The notes: generated from the letters alone by a model not told the origin. Shown: positions 19,049 through 29,330, counted from the first letter of the stretch. The stretch is 64,000 nucleotides of DNA from Myxococcota bacterium (GCA_044344255.1 JBIJDH010000001.1:64001-128000), one strand, 5' to 3'. Program-made: numbers and translations.

Positions 19049-21178
19049 TCAGTCTTCGTCTTCTTCCTCTTCCTTCCGCTTGAAGGGCGAAGAATGGACG
19101 ATCTTGTCGGTGAGGTGGCCCGGGACTTCTTCATAACCATGGAGCTGGAGGGTGAAGGTGCCCTTCCCGCCCGTCAGGCTGCGCAGCTCCGGTGCGTAAC
19201 GCTGCACCTCGGCGAGCGGGGCCAGGGCCTCGATCACGGTGTTCTTGCCGCGGGTCTCCATGCCGCTCACCCGCCCGCGACGCCCGTTCATGTCGCCCAG
19301 CACGTCGCCCATGGTCTCAGACGGGCAGACGATCGAGACCTGCATGATGGGCTCGAGGATGCGGGTGCCGCCGCGCTCGAAGGCCGCCTTGAGCGCTTTG
19401 GAGCCGGCGAACTGGAAGGCGATGTCCTTGCTGTCGACCGAGTGGTACTTGCCGTCGGTGAGCTCCACGACGATGTCGACGATGGGATATCCCGCGAGGA
19501 AGCCGCTCTTCATGCGCGCGACCACCCCCTTCTCCACCGAGGGGATGAATTGATTGGGGATGGCGCCGCCCTTGATCGCGTCCACGAAGCGGAAGCCCTC
19601 GTCGCGGTCGAGCGGCAGCACGTTCACCACGCAGACGCCGAACTGACCGGCCCCGCCGGTCTGCTTCTTGTGGCGCCCCTCCACGGCGGAGACGGCCTTC
19701 TTCAAGGTCTCGCGGTAGGGCACCGGCGGGATGCTCGTCTCCACCGAGACCTTGTACTTCCGCTTCATCCGCTCGATCGCCATGTCGAGGTGGGCCTGGC
19801 CCATGCCGTGCAGCACGAGGTGGTGCGTGAGCTCGTCGTGGCCGAGGGTGAGGGTGGGGTCCTCCTCGAGCAGGCGGTCGAGGGCGCCGCGGAGCTTGTC
19901 CCCGTCGGCCCGCGAGGTAGGGTTGACGACGTAGGACATCATCGAGGCCGGATACAGCAGCCGCTCGATCTCGAAGGAGTGGTGCGGATCGCAGAGGGTG
20001 TCGCCGGTGTGTGTGTCCTTGAGGCGCGAGACACCCACGATGTCGCCCACCACCAGCGCGGCCACGGGCTCCCGCTCTCGACCGCGGAGCGCGAAGACCG
20101 CGCCCAGCCGCTCGGTGCTCTCCGCGCGCGGGTTCAGCAGGCCGCCGTCTGCCGGGACATGGCCCGAGAAGACGCGGAAGATCGAGGTCTTGCCCTGCAG
20201 CTCATCCACGGTGGTGTGGATGACCTGAGCGAGGAAGGGGCCATCGACGCTGGGGGCCACAGAGGCGTCCGCGCCGGCTCGCCGGCCGCGGATCGGGGCC
20301 GACTCGAGCGGCGAGGGGAAGGCCCAGGTGATGAGCTCGAGGAGGGCGGCCGCGCCGACCTGCGCCGTGGCGGCGCCATAGATCACGGGCACGATGTCAC
20401 CGCGCTTCACGGCGCGCTGGAAGCCGGCCTTCACGTCCTCTGGGCTGAGCTCGAAGGTCTCGAGGTACCGCTCGAGCAGGACCTCGTCGCTCTCGGCCAC
20501 CGCCTCGAGCAGCGTGTGCCAGGCGGTCTCAACCTCGTCTTCCAGCTCGGCGGGGACGTCGACCTTGTCGTACTTCCCGCTGCCATCCGCGCGGTAGACG
20601 AAGGCCCGCCGCTGAAACAGGCTCACCACCCCGCGGAAGCCGTGCCCGGCCCCGATCGGGACCTGCACCGGCACCGCCTTGACGCCCAGCACCTCGCGGG
20701 CCTCCGTGAGGCAGGCCGCTGGATCTGCCCGATCGCGGTCCATCTTGTTGATGAACAGCGCGCGGGGGAGGCCGAGGCTCGCGGCCTCGGCGTAGAAACG
20801 CTCGGTCTGCTGCTCGACGCCGTCCGGCGCGCTCAGCACCACCACCGCGGCGTCGGCGCCGTGCAGCATGTGGATGGCGTCGAAGGCGAAGTTCTGGTCT
20901 CCCGGGGTGTCGAGGAGGTTGATCTTGTGCCCCTCGTGCACCATCCAGGCGAGCTTGCTGGCGATAGAGCCCTTGCGGCGGTGCTCCTCGGGCTCGAAGT
21001 CGAGCAGGGATGTCTCATGATCGACGCTCCCGAGGCGGCTGGTGGCGCCGCTGCCGAAGAGCAGCGCCTCGGCCACAGACGTCTTGCCGGCGCCTCCGTG
21101 GCCGACCAGCACGACGTTTCGGAGCTGGGAGGGAGAGGTTGGATTCACGGGCAGATTCACGGGCAGATTCACGGGCAT
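19049..21178 (-). CDS. Elongation factor G paralogue (EF-G2/EF-G II type)
   Basis: GHGGAGKTS, DTPG, NKMD, GMGQAHL, KKQTGGAGQFG, YHSVDS, ILEPIM. Confidence 0.9.
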   Translation of the reverse strand: MPVNLPVNLPVNPTSPSQLRNVVLVGHGGAGKTSVAEALLFGSGATSRLGSVDHETSLLDFEPEEHRRKGSIASKLAWMVHEGHKINLLDTPGDQNFAFDAIHMLHGADAAVVVLSAPDGVEQQTERFYAEAASLGLPRALFINKMDRDRADPAACLTEAREVLGVKAVPVQVPIGAGHGFRGVVSLFQRRAFVYRADGSGKYDKVDVPAELEDEVETAWHTLLEAVAESDEVLLERYLETFELSPEDVKAGFQRAVKRGDIVPVIYGAATAQVGAAALLELITWAFPSPLESAPIRGRRAGADASVAPSVDGPFLAQVIHTTVDELQGKTSIFRVFSGHVPADGGLLNPRAESTERLGAVFALRGREREPVAALVVGDIVGVSRLKDTHTGDTLCDPHHSFEIERLLYPASMMSYVVNPTSRADGDKLRGALDRLLEEDPTLTLGHDELTHHLVLHGMGQAHLDMAIERMKRKYKVSVETSIPPVPYRETLKKAVSAVEGRHKKQTGGAGQFGVCVVNVLPLDRDEGFRFVDAIKGGAIPNQFIPSVEKGVVARMKSGFLAGYPIVDIVVELTDGKYHSVDSKDIAFQFAGSKALKAAFERGGTRILEPIMQVSIVCPSETMGDVLGDMNGRRGRVSGMETRGKNTVIEALAPLAEVQRYAPELRSLTGGKGTFTLQLHGYEEVPGHLTDKIVHSSPFKRKEEEEDED
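21142..21177 (-). repeat. 3 x 12-bp tandem repeat (GATTCACGGGCA on +) at the EF-G2 start
   Basis: Perfect triplication encoding MPVNLPVNLPVN. Confidence 0.9.
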
Positions 21179-21228
21179 CGGGGAGCTCCATCCGAACGGG
21201 CGGGTTCACCAGCGGGCGCGAGGCGCTG

Positions 21229-21257
21229 ACTGTAGCGATCCAGAGACCGCAATTCAA
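21229..21257 (-). promoter_or_regulatory. Sigma70-like promoter of the EF-G2 gene
   Basis: Minus strand TTGAAT-N17-TACAGT. Confidence 0.5.
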
Positions 21258-21307
21258 CCTCCCGTTCGGGCCTTCCCCCCAAGCCTTGACCGGCGTCACC
21301 GCTCCGT

Positions 21308-22105
21308 TCAGCGAGGCTTGCTCCGCCCGTGGTTCCGCTCCCAGAGGATGCGGAGGCCCTGCAGGGTGAGATCGTCGTCCACCTCCTCGACCTCCTCACA
21401 GGAGCCACCGACGAGGTGCGCCAGCCCGCCGGTGGCGAGGCAATGGATCTCGGGGGTACCGCCGACCAAGGTGGCGAGCTCGGCCTTGCAGCGGCGGGCC
21501 AGGCTGTCGACCAGCCCGACGTAGCCCCAGAACAGGCCCGACTGCATGCTCTCCACGGTGTTCGTGCCGATGGCCTTGTCGGGCTTCTCGACCTCGACGC
21601 GGGGCAGCTTGGCGGTGCGGGTGAAGAGGGCGTCGGCCGAGATGCGGAAGCCGGGGGCGATGGCCCCGCCCACATAGTCTCCCTCCGCGTTCACGCAGTC
21701 GAAGGTGGTGGCGGTGCCGAAGTCGACGATGACGAGCGGGGTGTGGAAGCGGTCCCAGGCGGCGACCGCGTTGACGATGCGGTCGGCCCCGACCTCGCGG
21801 GGGTTGTCGGTGCGCACCCGCATGCCGGTCTTGATGCCCCGCCCCACCACCATTGGCTCCGGCCCGAGGTAGCGGCGGCTCGCCTTCTCGATCGCATAGA
21901 GCACGCTCGGCACCACGCAGGAGACCGCGACCCCCTCAATGTCCTCGGTGCGGATGCCCCGGTGGTTGAGGAGCTGGAGCATGAGCAGGCCGAGCTCATC
22001 GGTGGTCCGAGAGACCGTGCTGACCCGCCAGGAGTGGGCGACCTTCTCGCCCTCCATGGCGCCGAGCACCGTGTTCGTGTTGCCGACGTCGATGACGAGC
22101 AGCAT
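21308..22105 (-). CDS. coaX: Type III pantothenate kinase
   Basis: IDVGNTN, GADR, VDFGTATTFD, GGAIAPG, ATGG. Confidence 0.95.
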   Translation of the reverse strand: MLLVIDVGNTNTVLGAMEGEKVAHSWRVSTVSRTTDELGLLMLQLLNHRGIRTEDIEGVAVSCVVPSVLYAIEKASRRYLGPEPMVVGRGIKTGMRVRTDNPREVGADRIVNAVAAWDRFHTPLVIVDFGTATTFDCVNAEGDYVGGAIAPGFRISADALFTRTAKLPRVEVEKPDKAIGTNTVESMQSGLFWGYVGLVDSLARRCKAELATLVGGTPEIHCLATGGLAHLVGGSCEEVEEVDDDLTLQGLRILWERNHGRSKPR

Positions 22106-22106
22106 C

Positions 22107-22640
22107 TCAGGTCGAGGCCTCCCCTTCTGCGCCGTCCGCGTCCTGCTCTTCTTCGATCAGGACCCGCAGGACGTGGGTGCCGATGGTGAGCCGATCCGGG
22201 CTGAGCAGCCGGGAGGCCGCCCGGTGCCGGGCCACGAAGACCTGCTTGAGCAGGATCGCCACCATCTTGGGGGCCGGCACACAGGGGGTGAAGGTGATGG
22301 CGTCCACGTAGCGGGCGCCGTCCCGCGTCTCCTCGAAGATGTGCTCGTGCTCGAAGCGGCTGAAGAGCGCGTTCGTGGAGCTGTCGCGAAAGCGCCGGCC
22401 GGGCTCGACGGACTCCAAGCGGACGGGCCAGGCGGTGCCCAGCAGGCCGACCTTCCCCGCCGTCTCGAAGGAGCGCCCCGCCGCGAAGGCCGCGCTCAGC
22501 CCCGCCTCATCCTCTACCCGGAAGGGCAGCCAGAAGGGGAACTCGCCCCGCAGGTTCTTGGGATCGGTCTTCACCGCCCAGACCTTGGAGACGGGGTCGT
22601 TGTAGCGGGTCCAGACGCGCAGGTGAAATGTGGTGGACAT
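22107..22640 (-). CDS. SRPBCC-like hypothetical protein
   Basis: PVSKVW, VEPGRRFRD, F..FEHEH.FE...DG..Y.D.I. Confidence 0.65.
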   Translation of the reverse strand: MSTTFHLRVWTRYNDPVSKVWAVKTDPKNLRGEFPFWLPFRVEDEAGLSAAFAAGRSFETAGKVGLLGTAWPVRLESVEPGRRFRDSSTNALFSRFEHEHIFEETRDGARYVDAITFTPCVPAPKMVAILLKQVFVARHRAASRLLSPDRLTIGTHVLRVLIEEEQDADGAEGEAST

Positions 22641-22649
22641 CCCCGCCCC

Positions 22650-23378
22650 TTATCCAGCCCCCCCCACCAGTTCCACATCCCCGGCGAGGACGGGGTGACC
22701 TTCGATGAGCAGGGCGCCGTCCTCGCGCAGCCCGGTGGCCAGCCCCTCGCGGTCGCCCACCCGCACCCGACGGCCGAGGGTGCGGGCGCGGGCCCGCCAG
22801 CGGTCGAGGCCGCAGGGATCGGCGGGGTCCACGGCTTCGATGGCCTGGACGAGCTCGATGAGCAGTGAATTGCGGTCGAGGGGGCCGCCGCGGAGCAGGG
22901 CGAGGGACCGCACGAACGGCAGGCCCGGGAAGGCCACCTGGTTCACGTTGAGGCCGACGCCGAGCACGAGGCGCCGCTCACCCCCGGGGCCGCTCTCCGT
23001 CTCGGCGAGGATCCCGCCCACCTTGTGATCGGCCTCATCCACCAGGTCGTTCGGCCACTTGAGCCAGAGCCCGGTGCGCTCGGCCATCGCCGCCGCCCAG
23101 ACGAGCACAGCGCGGGGGGCGAGCTGGGGCGGCATCTCCATGGGGAGGATGAGGCTGAAGAGAAGGTTCTTCCCTGGCTCCGAGCTCCAGCTCCGCCCGA
23201 GCCTCCCCCGCCCCGCCTCCTGGGCCTCGGCCACGACCAGGCCCCCCGGGCCAAGGCTGCCCTCCCGCACCGCCGCGCGCGCGACCGCGTTCGTAGACCC
23301 CGTCACCGCGAGGCAGCGCACCCGCCGGCCGAGCCCCCGCTCCAGCCGCTCCGCCGACAGCGCCTCCAGCTGATCCAT
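22650..23378 (-). CDS. birA: Biotin--[acetyl-CoA carboxylase] ligase, no N-terminal HTH
   Basis: STN, Q.AGRGRLGRSW.S, KWPND, KVGGILAE, GVGLNVN. Confidence 0.9.
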   Translation of the reverse strand: MDQLEALSAERLERGLGRRVRCLAVTGSTNAVARAAVREGSLGPGGLVVAEAQEAGRGRLGRSWSSEPGKNLLFSLILPMEMPPQLAPRAVLVWAAAMAERTGLWLKWPNDLVDEADHKVGGILAETESGPGGERRLVLGVGLNVNQVAFPGLPFVRSLALLRGGPLDRNSLLIELVQAIEAVDPADPCGLDRWRARARTLGRRVRVGDREGLATGLREDGALLIEGHPVLAGDVELVGGAG

Positions 23379-23459
23379 CTCCGTCCTCCCTCCTGGAACC
23401 GATCGGGCGGGACGGGTAGACCGAGGCCAGGGTCGGTGGACCCGACCCAAGGAGACCCG

Positions 23460-23813
23460 ATGCGCACCCCCACGCTGTCCCGCTTCCCTATCCTCGCCCT
23501 CGTGCTCCCCCTGTCGATCGCGTGCCAGGGCAAGCACGTCAACGACATCCTCGACCTCGAGGGCGACCCCGTCGCCGGCCAGGCCCTCTACGTCGACAAC
23601 TGCGCGGGCTGCCACGGCGACGACGCGCAGGGCGCGAGCGGCCCGAACATCGTCAATGAGTCGGCGGAGGGCGAGGAGTTTGTCGAGGTGGTGTTGAGCG
23701 GCGAAGAGGAGATGCCCGCCTTCGACGGCGACCTCGAGGATCAGGAGATCGCCGACATCCTCGCCTACGTCCAGGCCCTCGCCTCGGGCGGCCTGGGCGA
23801 CACCGGGGCCTGA
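23460..23813 (+). CDS. Mono-heme c-type cytochrome lipoprotein
   Basis: RBS AAGGAG, LSIAC lipobox, CAGCH, MPAF axial Met. Confidence 0.9.
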   Translation: MRTPTLSRFPILALVLPLSIACQGKHVNDILDLEGDPVAGQALYVDNCAGCHGDDAQGASGPNIVNESAEGEEFVEVVLSGEEEMPAFDGDLEDQEIADILAYVQALASGGLGDTGA

Positions 23814-23848
23814 GCCGCAGGCACCCGCGCACCCTCCTCGGCGCGGCG

Positions 23849-23896
23849 CACGGTCCTCGAGAGACTCAGTCCTCGAGGAGCTCAGTCGTCGAGGAG
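23849..23896. repeat. 3 x 16-bp degenerate duplication spanning the Hsp70 gene stop codon
   Basis: CACGGTCCTCGAGAGA / CTCAGTCCTCGAGGAG / CTCAGTCGTCGAGGAG. Confidence 0.75.
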
Positions 23897-25147
23897 CCGC
23901 TCCCCGGCTTCGATCCCGAGGCCCTGGCCGATCGAGGTGAACTCCTCTTGGGCCACGATGCGCCCCGGGAAGCGGGCCTCGAAGATGGCGCGCACCACGG
24001 GCACCCGCGAGGAGCCGCCGGTGAGGAAGACGACGGAGACGTCGTCGGCCTCAACCTTGGCGTCGAGCAGCAGCTTGTCGATGCAGCGATGGAAGGACTT
24101 GACCTCGTCTTGGATCGCCTCCACGAACTCGGGCCGGGTGACCGGCTCGGCGATGTGGATCGTGCCCTGCTCGAATCGGAGCACGGCCTCCTCTGCCGCC
24201 GAGAGGTCGACCTTGTTCTGCTCCACCGCGCGGAAGAGCATGAAGCCGTAGCTCTGATCAAGCAGCTCGCGGAGCCAGCCGAGCCCGCGCTTGTCCTCCG
24301 AGCTGCGCAGCCAGGAGTCGAGCAGCTCGAGGTTCTTGTCGGTGCTGGCCAGACAAAGCGTGTGCCAACGGCAGATCGCGAGGTGCAGGGCGGAGGGCAG
24401 CGGCACCCGCTTCAACATCGGCCGGTACCAGGATCCGTGACCAAAGCTCGGGATGACCTTCTTCATCATGAGGCGCGCGTCGAAGTCGGTGCCGCCCACC
24501 GGCACGCCGCCGACGGCGAGCACGTCGCCGCTCCGGTCGCGGAGGCCGGCGCGCTCCGGCGAGAGGCGCATCAGGCTGAAGTCGCAGGTCCCGCCGCCGA
24601 AGTCGCCGACGAGGCAGAGCACGTCGCGATCGAGCCCGCGCTCGAAGCTGCGCGCGGCGGCGATCGGCTCAAGCTGAAACTCCACCCTTCGAAAGCCGGC
24701 TAACTTCGCAGCCTTCTCCAGGCGCCGCTGCGCGAGCTGGTCGCGAGCCTCCTCGGCGTGGAAGCGCGCCGGACGGCCGAGCAGCACCCGATCGACCGGC
24801 TCCCCCGCGGCGAGCTCGGCGCGGCTCCGCAGGTACGCGAGGTAGCCGCCGACAAGCTGCTCGACCGACCGGAAGCGCCCGCCGATGACCGTCCCCTCGA
24901 AGTGGGGCGAAGCGAGATGCTTCTTGACGGCCTGGAGCAGGCGGCCCTGCATGCCGCGCTGGATGTACTCCTCGATGGCGGCGCCGCCGAAGAGGGTGTC
25001 TCCGTCGTCGGAGTACCAGAGCAGGGTGGGGCTGGTGCCCGGGATCGCAGCCATGGGGTCAATGTCTACGGGCTCGATGCCGCCGCGTCGGGCGAGGGTG
25101 ACGGAGGAGTTGGAGGTGCCAAAGTCGATGCCGCAGGCGACGGGCAT
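23882..25147 (-). CDS. Hsp70-family protein (YegD-like)
   Basis: GIDFGTSNS, LGRP..F, EPIAAA, DFGGGTCDFS, GGTDFD, TGGSS; no substrate-binding domain. Confidence 0.85.
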   Translation of the reverse strand: MPVACGIDFGTSNSSVTLARRGGIEPVDIDPMAAIPGTSPTLLWYSDDGDTLFGGAAIEEYIQRGMQGRLLQAVKKHLASPHFEGTVIGGRFRSVEQLVGGYLAYLRSRAELAAGEPVDRVLLGRPARFHAEEARDQLAQRRLEKAAKLAGFRRVEFQLEPIAAARSFERGLDRDVLCLVGDFGGGTCDFSLMRLSPERAGLRDRSGDVLAVGGVPVGGTDFDARLMMKKVIPSFGHGSWYRPMLKRVPLPSALHLAICRWHTLCLASTDKNLELLDSWLRSSEDKRGLGWLRELLDQSYGFMLFRAVEQNKVDLSAAEEAVLRFEQGTIHIAEPVTRPEFVEAIQDEVKSFHRCIDKLLLDAKVEADDVSVVFLTGGSSRVPVVRAIFEARFPGRIVAQEEFTSIGQGLGIEAGERLLDD

Positions 25148-25359
25148 GGAGGCGCTCGGGTCAAGGGGGTCGGTGGCGGGGCGGCCATCGGGCTGGGGTG
25201 GCGTGAACACCCAAGCCCCGCCGGGGGGCGCCCCCGTACCCCGGTCGCGGTGGGGAGGCTGGCCGAGGGAGGCGGGCGCCCGGCGCGACCGGTCCCTTGC
25301 GAGCCGAACGTCCCCGGGCCCACTCCCAGTCGCCGATCCTGAGCTATCCTCGGGCTCCC

Positions 25360-27906
25360 ATGCCTCCTCACCGCCCCGTCCCCGCGCTCGCCCGCCCCTC
25401 CGCTCGCGCGGTCTTGGCGCTGGGGCTGCTGGTCGGGGCGGCGGCCTGTGAGCCGGAGGGGCGGCTCGAAGATCCCGTGGCGGTCGATGTCTTCCGCCCG
25501 GACGCCGCGACGCTGCACCGGCTGACCGACGCCCAGTACCGCGCGAGCGTGCGCGACCTCACGGGGGTGGAGTACACGGGCGCGCTTCCCGTCGACTACA
25601 CGCTCTACGGCTACACCAGCGTCGGCGCGGGGGCCCTCGCGGTCGCCCCGCTCGACCTCGAGCAGTACGAGACCGCCGCCTGGTGGCTGGCCGAAGCCGC
25701 CCTCCCCACCGCCGCCGCGCGGGACACCTTCGTCGGCTGCGCGCTCGAGGCCGCCACCGGCGCCCCTCCCCTCACCGAGGCCGACCGCGCCACCTGCCTC
25801 CGCACCTGGCTCGCCGGCTTTGGGCTCCGTGTCTGGCGGCGGCCGCTCAGCGGGGAGGAGCTCGACACGCTCAGCGGCCTCTACGGCACGCTCCGCGGTC
25901 AGGTGGGCGACCCGCTCGTGGCCGCCCGCGGGGTGCTCGCCGCCCTGCTCCTCTCCCCCGACTTCCTCTTCCGGGTCGAGGTGGGGGTTGACGATCCGGC
26001 GCGCCCCGGCTGGCGCCGCTACAGCGACCATGAGATGGCGAGCCGGATCTCCTACCTCCTCACCGGCAGCACGCCCGACGAGGCCCTGCTGTCCGCGGCC
26101 GCGCGGGGGGTGCTCACGACCGACGAGGGGCTCAGCGCCTACGTCCGCTACCTGCTCGCCGAGCCCGAGGCCCGGGGCGCGCTCACCACCTTCTATGACG
26201 AGACCTTTGACCTCGCCGATCTCGAGATCGCCGAGAAGGACAGCGCCCTCTTCCCCACCTGGAGCCCCGAGCTGCGGGCCGCGCTGGGCGCAGAGTCCCA
26301 GCAGCTCTTTCAGCGGTACGCCTTCGACGAGCCCGGCGATCTGCGGGAGCTCTTCACCACCGAGGTCGCCCCCTCCGATCCGCTGGTGGTCGCCCTCTAC
26401 GCCGGTGACGCCGCCGCGGGGGTCCAGCGCAGCGGCATCCTGTCGCGGGGCGCCTTCCTGGCCCTGAACGCGCACAACACGCTGAACTCGCCCACCCTGC
26501 GCGGCAAGTTCGTGCGCACCCGACTGCTCTGCGCCGCCATCTCCCCGCCGCCCCCCGGCGTGAACACCGACCTCAGCGCGATCGCCGCCGAGGGCACCCT
26601 CCGCGACCGCATCGAGCAGCACATGGAGGAGCCCGCCTGCGCCTCCTGCCACACCGAGATGGACCCCATCGGCTTTGCCTTCGAGGGCTTCAACCCGATC
26701 GGCGCGGCGCAGACCACCGACAACGGGCTGCCTGTCGAGACGGTGACCGAGCTCGACGGGGTCGCGGTGGCCGACGCCGCCGCCCTCGGGGCCGCCCTGG
26801 CTGCCCACCCGGACCTCGTGCCCTGCCTCACGCGCAACCTCTATCGGCACGCCTCAGGCTCCCTCGAGGGCGACGCGCTGGTCGATGGTCTGAACGAGCT
26901 CGCCGAGGCCTCCGCCGCCGGCGGCCTCCGCTTCCCCACCCTGCTCGAGTCGATCATCCTCTCCCCCGCCTTCCGCAGCACGCGGGCCCCCGCCACCGAT
27001 CCCTGCCCCGAGGCGGACGAGGGAGAGACCCGCGCCTGTCAGAGCGCCTGCGGGGAGGGCGTGGAGGTCTGTCAGTCGGGGGCGTGGGGCGGCTGTACGG
27101 CGCCCGTCGCCGGGCCCGAGGCCTGCGATGGGCTCGACAATGACTGCGACGGCGCGGCAGACGAGGCGGTGGAGCGGGCCTGCGCCGAGGGCCTGGGCGT
27201 CGAGGTCTGTCTGGCGGGCCAGTGGGGCGCCTGTGAGAGCCCCCTCTCCTCGGTCGAGCAGTGTAACGCCATGGATGACGACGGCGACGGCCTCATCGAC
27301 GAGGGCCTCTCGGTGATGAACCTCGTGCTCACCCCTGAGGAGATCGTGGCCTCCCACGGGGACTGTGACCCCGCCGCCGACAGCGACTCCCGCGCCTGCC
27401 ACGCCGCCATCCACCGGGCTTGCGCCGCCACCGGCTGCAGCGCCACCGGCTTTGGGGTGGTGGCCGAGGACGCCCTCGACACCGAGGCGGCGGTCACCTG
27501 CCTCGACGGCGCAGAGGGGGTCGTGGTCTCCACCACCTACAGCACCCTGTCGGCCTATCACGCGGGCTGCACCACCAGCACCCGCTCCGGCCCAGACTGT
27601 AACGCCGCCATCAGCCGCTTCTGCAGCGCGAGCGGCCTCGTCACCGGCTATGGCCCGATCGAGAACAGCGAAGACACGGCGGTCACCTTCTGCACCCCGG
27701 GGGCGACCGTGTTGGACGCGGCCTACAGCGCGCTGCTCGCCTACGACAGCGGCTGCGACGGCTCTACCGAGCGCGCCGGGGCCCGCTGCACCGCCGCCTT
27801 CCACGCCTGGTGCCAGTCCGAGGGCTTCGCGAGCGGCTTCGGCCCCCTCGAGAACAGCGGCGACCTCGCCGTGGCCGCCTGCCTCGGCGTCGGGGGTGCA
27901 GAGTGA
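25360..27906 (+). CDS. DUF1587/1595/1592/1588/1585 lipoprotein with CxxCH and a Cys-rich C-terminal extension
   Basis: LHRLT..QY...VRDL, WRRPL, LLSPDFLFRVE, MASRISY.L..S.PD..L, SPTLRG, CASCH..MDPIG. Confidence 0.9.
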   Translation: MPPHRPVPALARPSARAVLALGLLVGAAACEPEGRLEDPVAVDVFRPDAATLHRLTDAQYRASVRDLTGVEYTGALPVDYTLYGYTSVGAGALAVAPLDLEQYETAAWWLAEAALPTAAARDTFVGCALEAATGAPPLTEADRATCLRTWLAGFGLRVWRRPLSGEELDTLSGLYGTLRGQVGDPLVAARGVLAALLLSPDFLFRVEVGVDDPARPGWRRYSDHEMASRISYLLTGSTPDEALLSAAARGVLTTDEGLSAYVRYLLAEPEARGALTTFYDETFDLADLEIAEKDSALFPTWSPELRAALGAESQQLFQRYAFDEPGDLRELFTTEVAPSDPLVVALYAGDAAAGVQRSGILSRGAFLALNAHNTLNSPTLRGKFVRTRLLCAAISPPPPGVNTDLSAIAAEGTLRDRIEQHMEEPACASCHTEMDPIGFAFEGFNPIGAAQTTDNGLPVETVTELDGVAVADAAALGAALAAHPDLVPCLTRNLYRHASGSLEGDALVDGLNELAEASAAGGLRFPTLLESIILSPAFRSTRAPATDPCPEADEGETRACQSACGEGVEVCQSGAWGGCTAPVAGPEACDGLDNDCDGAADEAVERACAEGLGVEVCLAGQWGACESPLSSVEQCNAMDDDGDGLIDEGLSVMNLVLTPEEIVASHGDCDPAADSDSRACHAAIHRACAATGCSATGFGVVAEDALDTEAAVTCLDGAEGVVVSTTYSTLSAYHAGCTTSTRSGPDCNAAISRFCSASGLVTGYGPIENSEDTAVTFCTPGATVLDAAYSALLAYDSGCDGSTERAGARCTAAFHAWCQSEGFASGFGPLENSGDLAVAACLGVGGAE

Positions 27907-29252
27907 GCGGCGACCGGACGACCGGGCGGGGGCGCCCGGGCCTCGACCGCCGCACCCTCCTCCGCGGGGTCTTGCGGGGGGCCGCGGTCGCCGTCGCGCT
28001 GCCGCCCCTCGAGGCGATGCTCAACCTGAACGGTGACGCCTACGCCGACGACAGCGCGCTCCCCGACCGCTTCGGCCTCTGGTACTGGGGGAACGGCACC
28101 CGCCCCGACACCTGGACCCCGCTCAGCACCGGGCCCCTGTGGACGCCCAACACGGCGATGGCCGGGCTCTCCGGGCTCGTCGAGTATGTGAGCGTGCTCT
28201 CCGGCTTCGAGATCAAGACCGCCACGCACCCGCACCACAGCGGGATGACGGGCGTCCTCACCGGTCAGAAGTACGAGCAGCTCGGCACCACCCGCGACAC
28301 CATCGTGTCCACCTGCGCCCGACAGACGATTGACCAGGACGCCGCCGACTGGTTCGAGGGCCTGTCTCCGTTTCGGTCGATCGAGATCGGCGTCACGCGG
28401 TTCCGCGGCACCGACGAGGGCACGACCTTCCAGCACCTCTCGCACAACGGGCCCAACAACCCGAACCCCTCCGAGTACGATCCGGTCGCCCTCTATCGGC
28501 GGCTGTTCGCCGCCCCGAGCGACCCCCAGATGAACCTCGCTCGACAGAGCGTGCTCGACGTGGTGAGCGGACAGGTGGGCCGGCTGCAGCAGCGCCTCGG
28601 CAGCGCCGACAAGGCCCGCCTGGAGCAGCACCTCGACAGCATCCGCAGCCTCGAGCTCCGCCTCGCGGCCTCGGCGGCCTCCTGCGAGCCCATCGAAGAG
28701 CCGACCAGCTTCCCCGACATCGACGGCTACGAGCAGATCGAAGAGACCAACGCCCTGATGGCCGACCTCCTGGCCTACGCCCTCGCCTGCGACCTCACGC
28801 GGGCCTTCAGCGTCCAGTGGAGCACCTGCGGCTCGGGCGTGGTCGTCTGGCAGGTCGGCGCCACCGACAGCCTGCACGCCACCTGTCACAACGAGTCGCC
28901 GCCCCAGCCCGTGGTCGACGCCGCGGTCGGGTTCACGATGGACCAGCTCGCCGTCTTCCTCGAGCGGCTCAAGGCCATCCCCGAGGGCGACGGCAACGTG
29001 CTCGACCGCTGCTCGATCCTCTGCACCTCCGAGCTCTCCGACGGTCACACCCACTCGAACCAGGAATTCCCCCTGCTCATCGCAGGAAAGGGCTCCGGGC
29101 GCCTCCACGGCGGCGTGCACTACCGCTCGGCCGGCCTCGAGAACACGAGCAAGGCGGGCCTCACCGCCCTCCAAGGCGCCGGCGTGGGGGTGACGAGCTG
29201 GGGCGTCGATGAGGGCTATGTCACCGAGGCCGTGGGCGAGCTGCTCACCTGA
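27903..29252 (+). CDS. DUF1552 Tat-exported protein
   Basis: LDRRTLLRG...LPPLEAM, TIDQ, RQSVLD, LEQHLDSIRSLE, ALACDLTR; GTGA coupling to the upstream gene. Confidence 0.9.
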   Translation: MSGDRTTGRGRPGLDRRTLLRGVLRGAAVAVALPPLEAMLNLNGDAYADDSALPDRFGLWYWGNGTRPDTWTPLSTGPLWTPNTAMAGLSGLVEYVSVLSGFEIKTATHPHHSGMTGVLTGQKYEQLGTTRDTIVSTCARQTIDQDAADWFEGLSPFRSIEIGVTRFRGTDEGTTFQHLSHNGPNNPNPSEYDPVALYRRLFAAPSDPQMNLARQSVLDVVSGQVGRLQQRLGSADKARLEQHLDSIRSLELRLAASAASCEPIEEPTSFPDIDGYEQIEETNALMADLLAYALACDLTRAFSVQWSTCGSGVVVWQVGATDSLHATCHNESPPQPVVDAAVGFTMDQLAVFLERLKAIPEGDGNVLDRCSILCTSELSDGHTHSNQEFPLLIAGKGSGRLHGGVHYRSAGLENTSKAGLTALQGAGVGVTSWGVDEGYVTEAVGELLT

Positions 29253-29330
29253 GCGGGTCAGCGCGGACATCGAGCCGCCGTCGCTCGCGAAGGGAGCTGG
29301 CCCGACGAAGCGCGCCGGCCTCGGCCGAGG

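Noticed and set aside
23430..23448. BirA operator (GGGTCGG/CCGACCC inverted repeat)
   Set aside because: This BirA lacks the DNA-binding HTH; more likely a 5' hairpin of the cytochrome mRNA.
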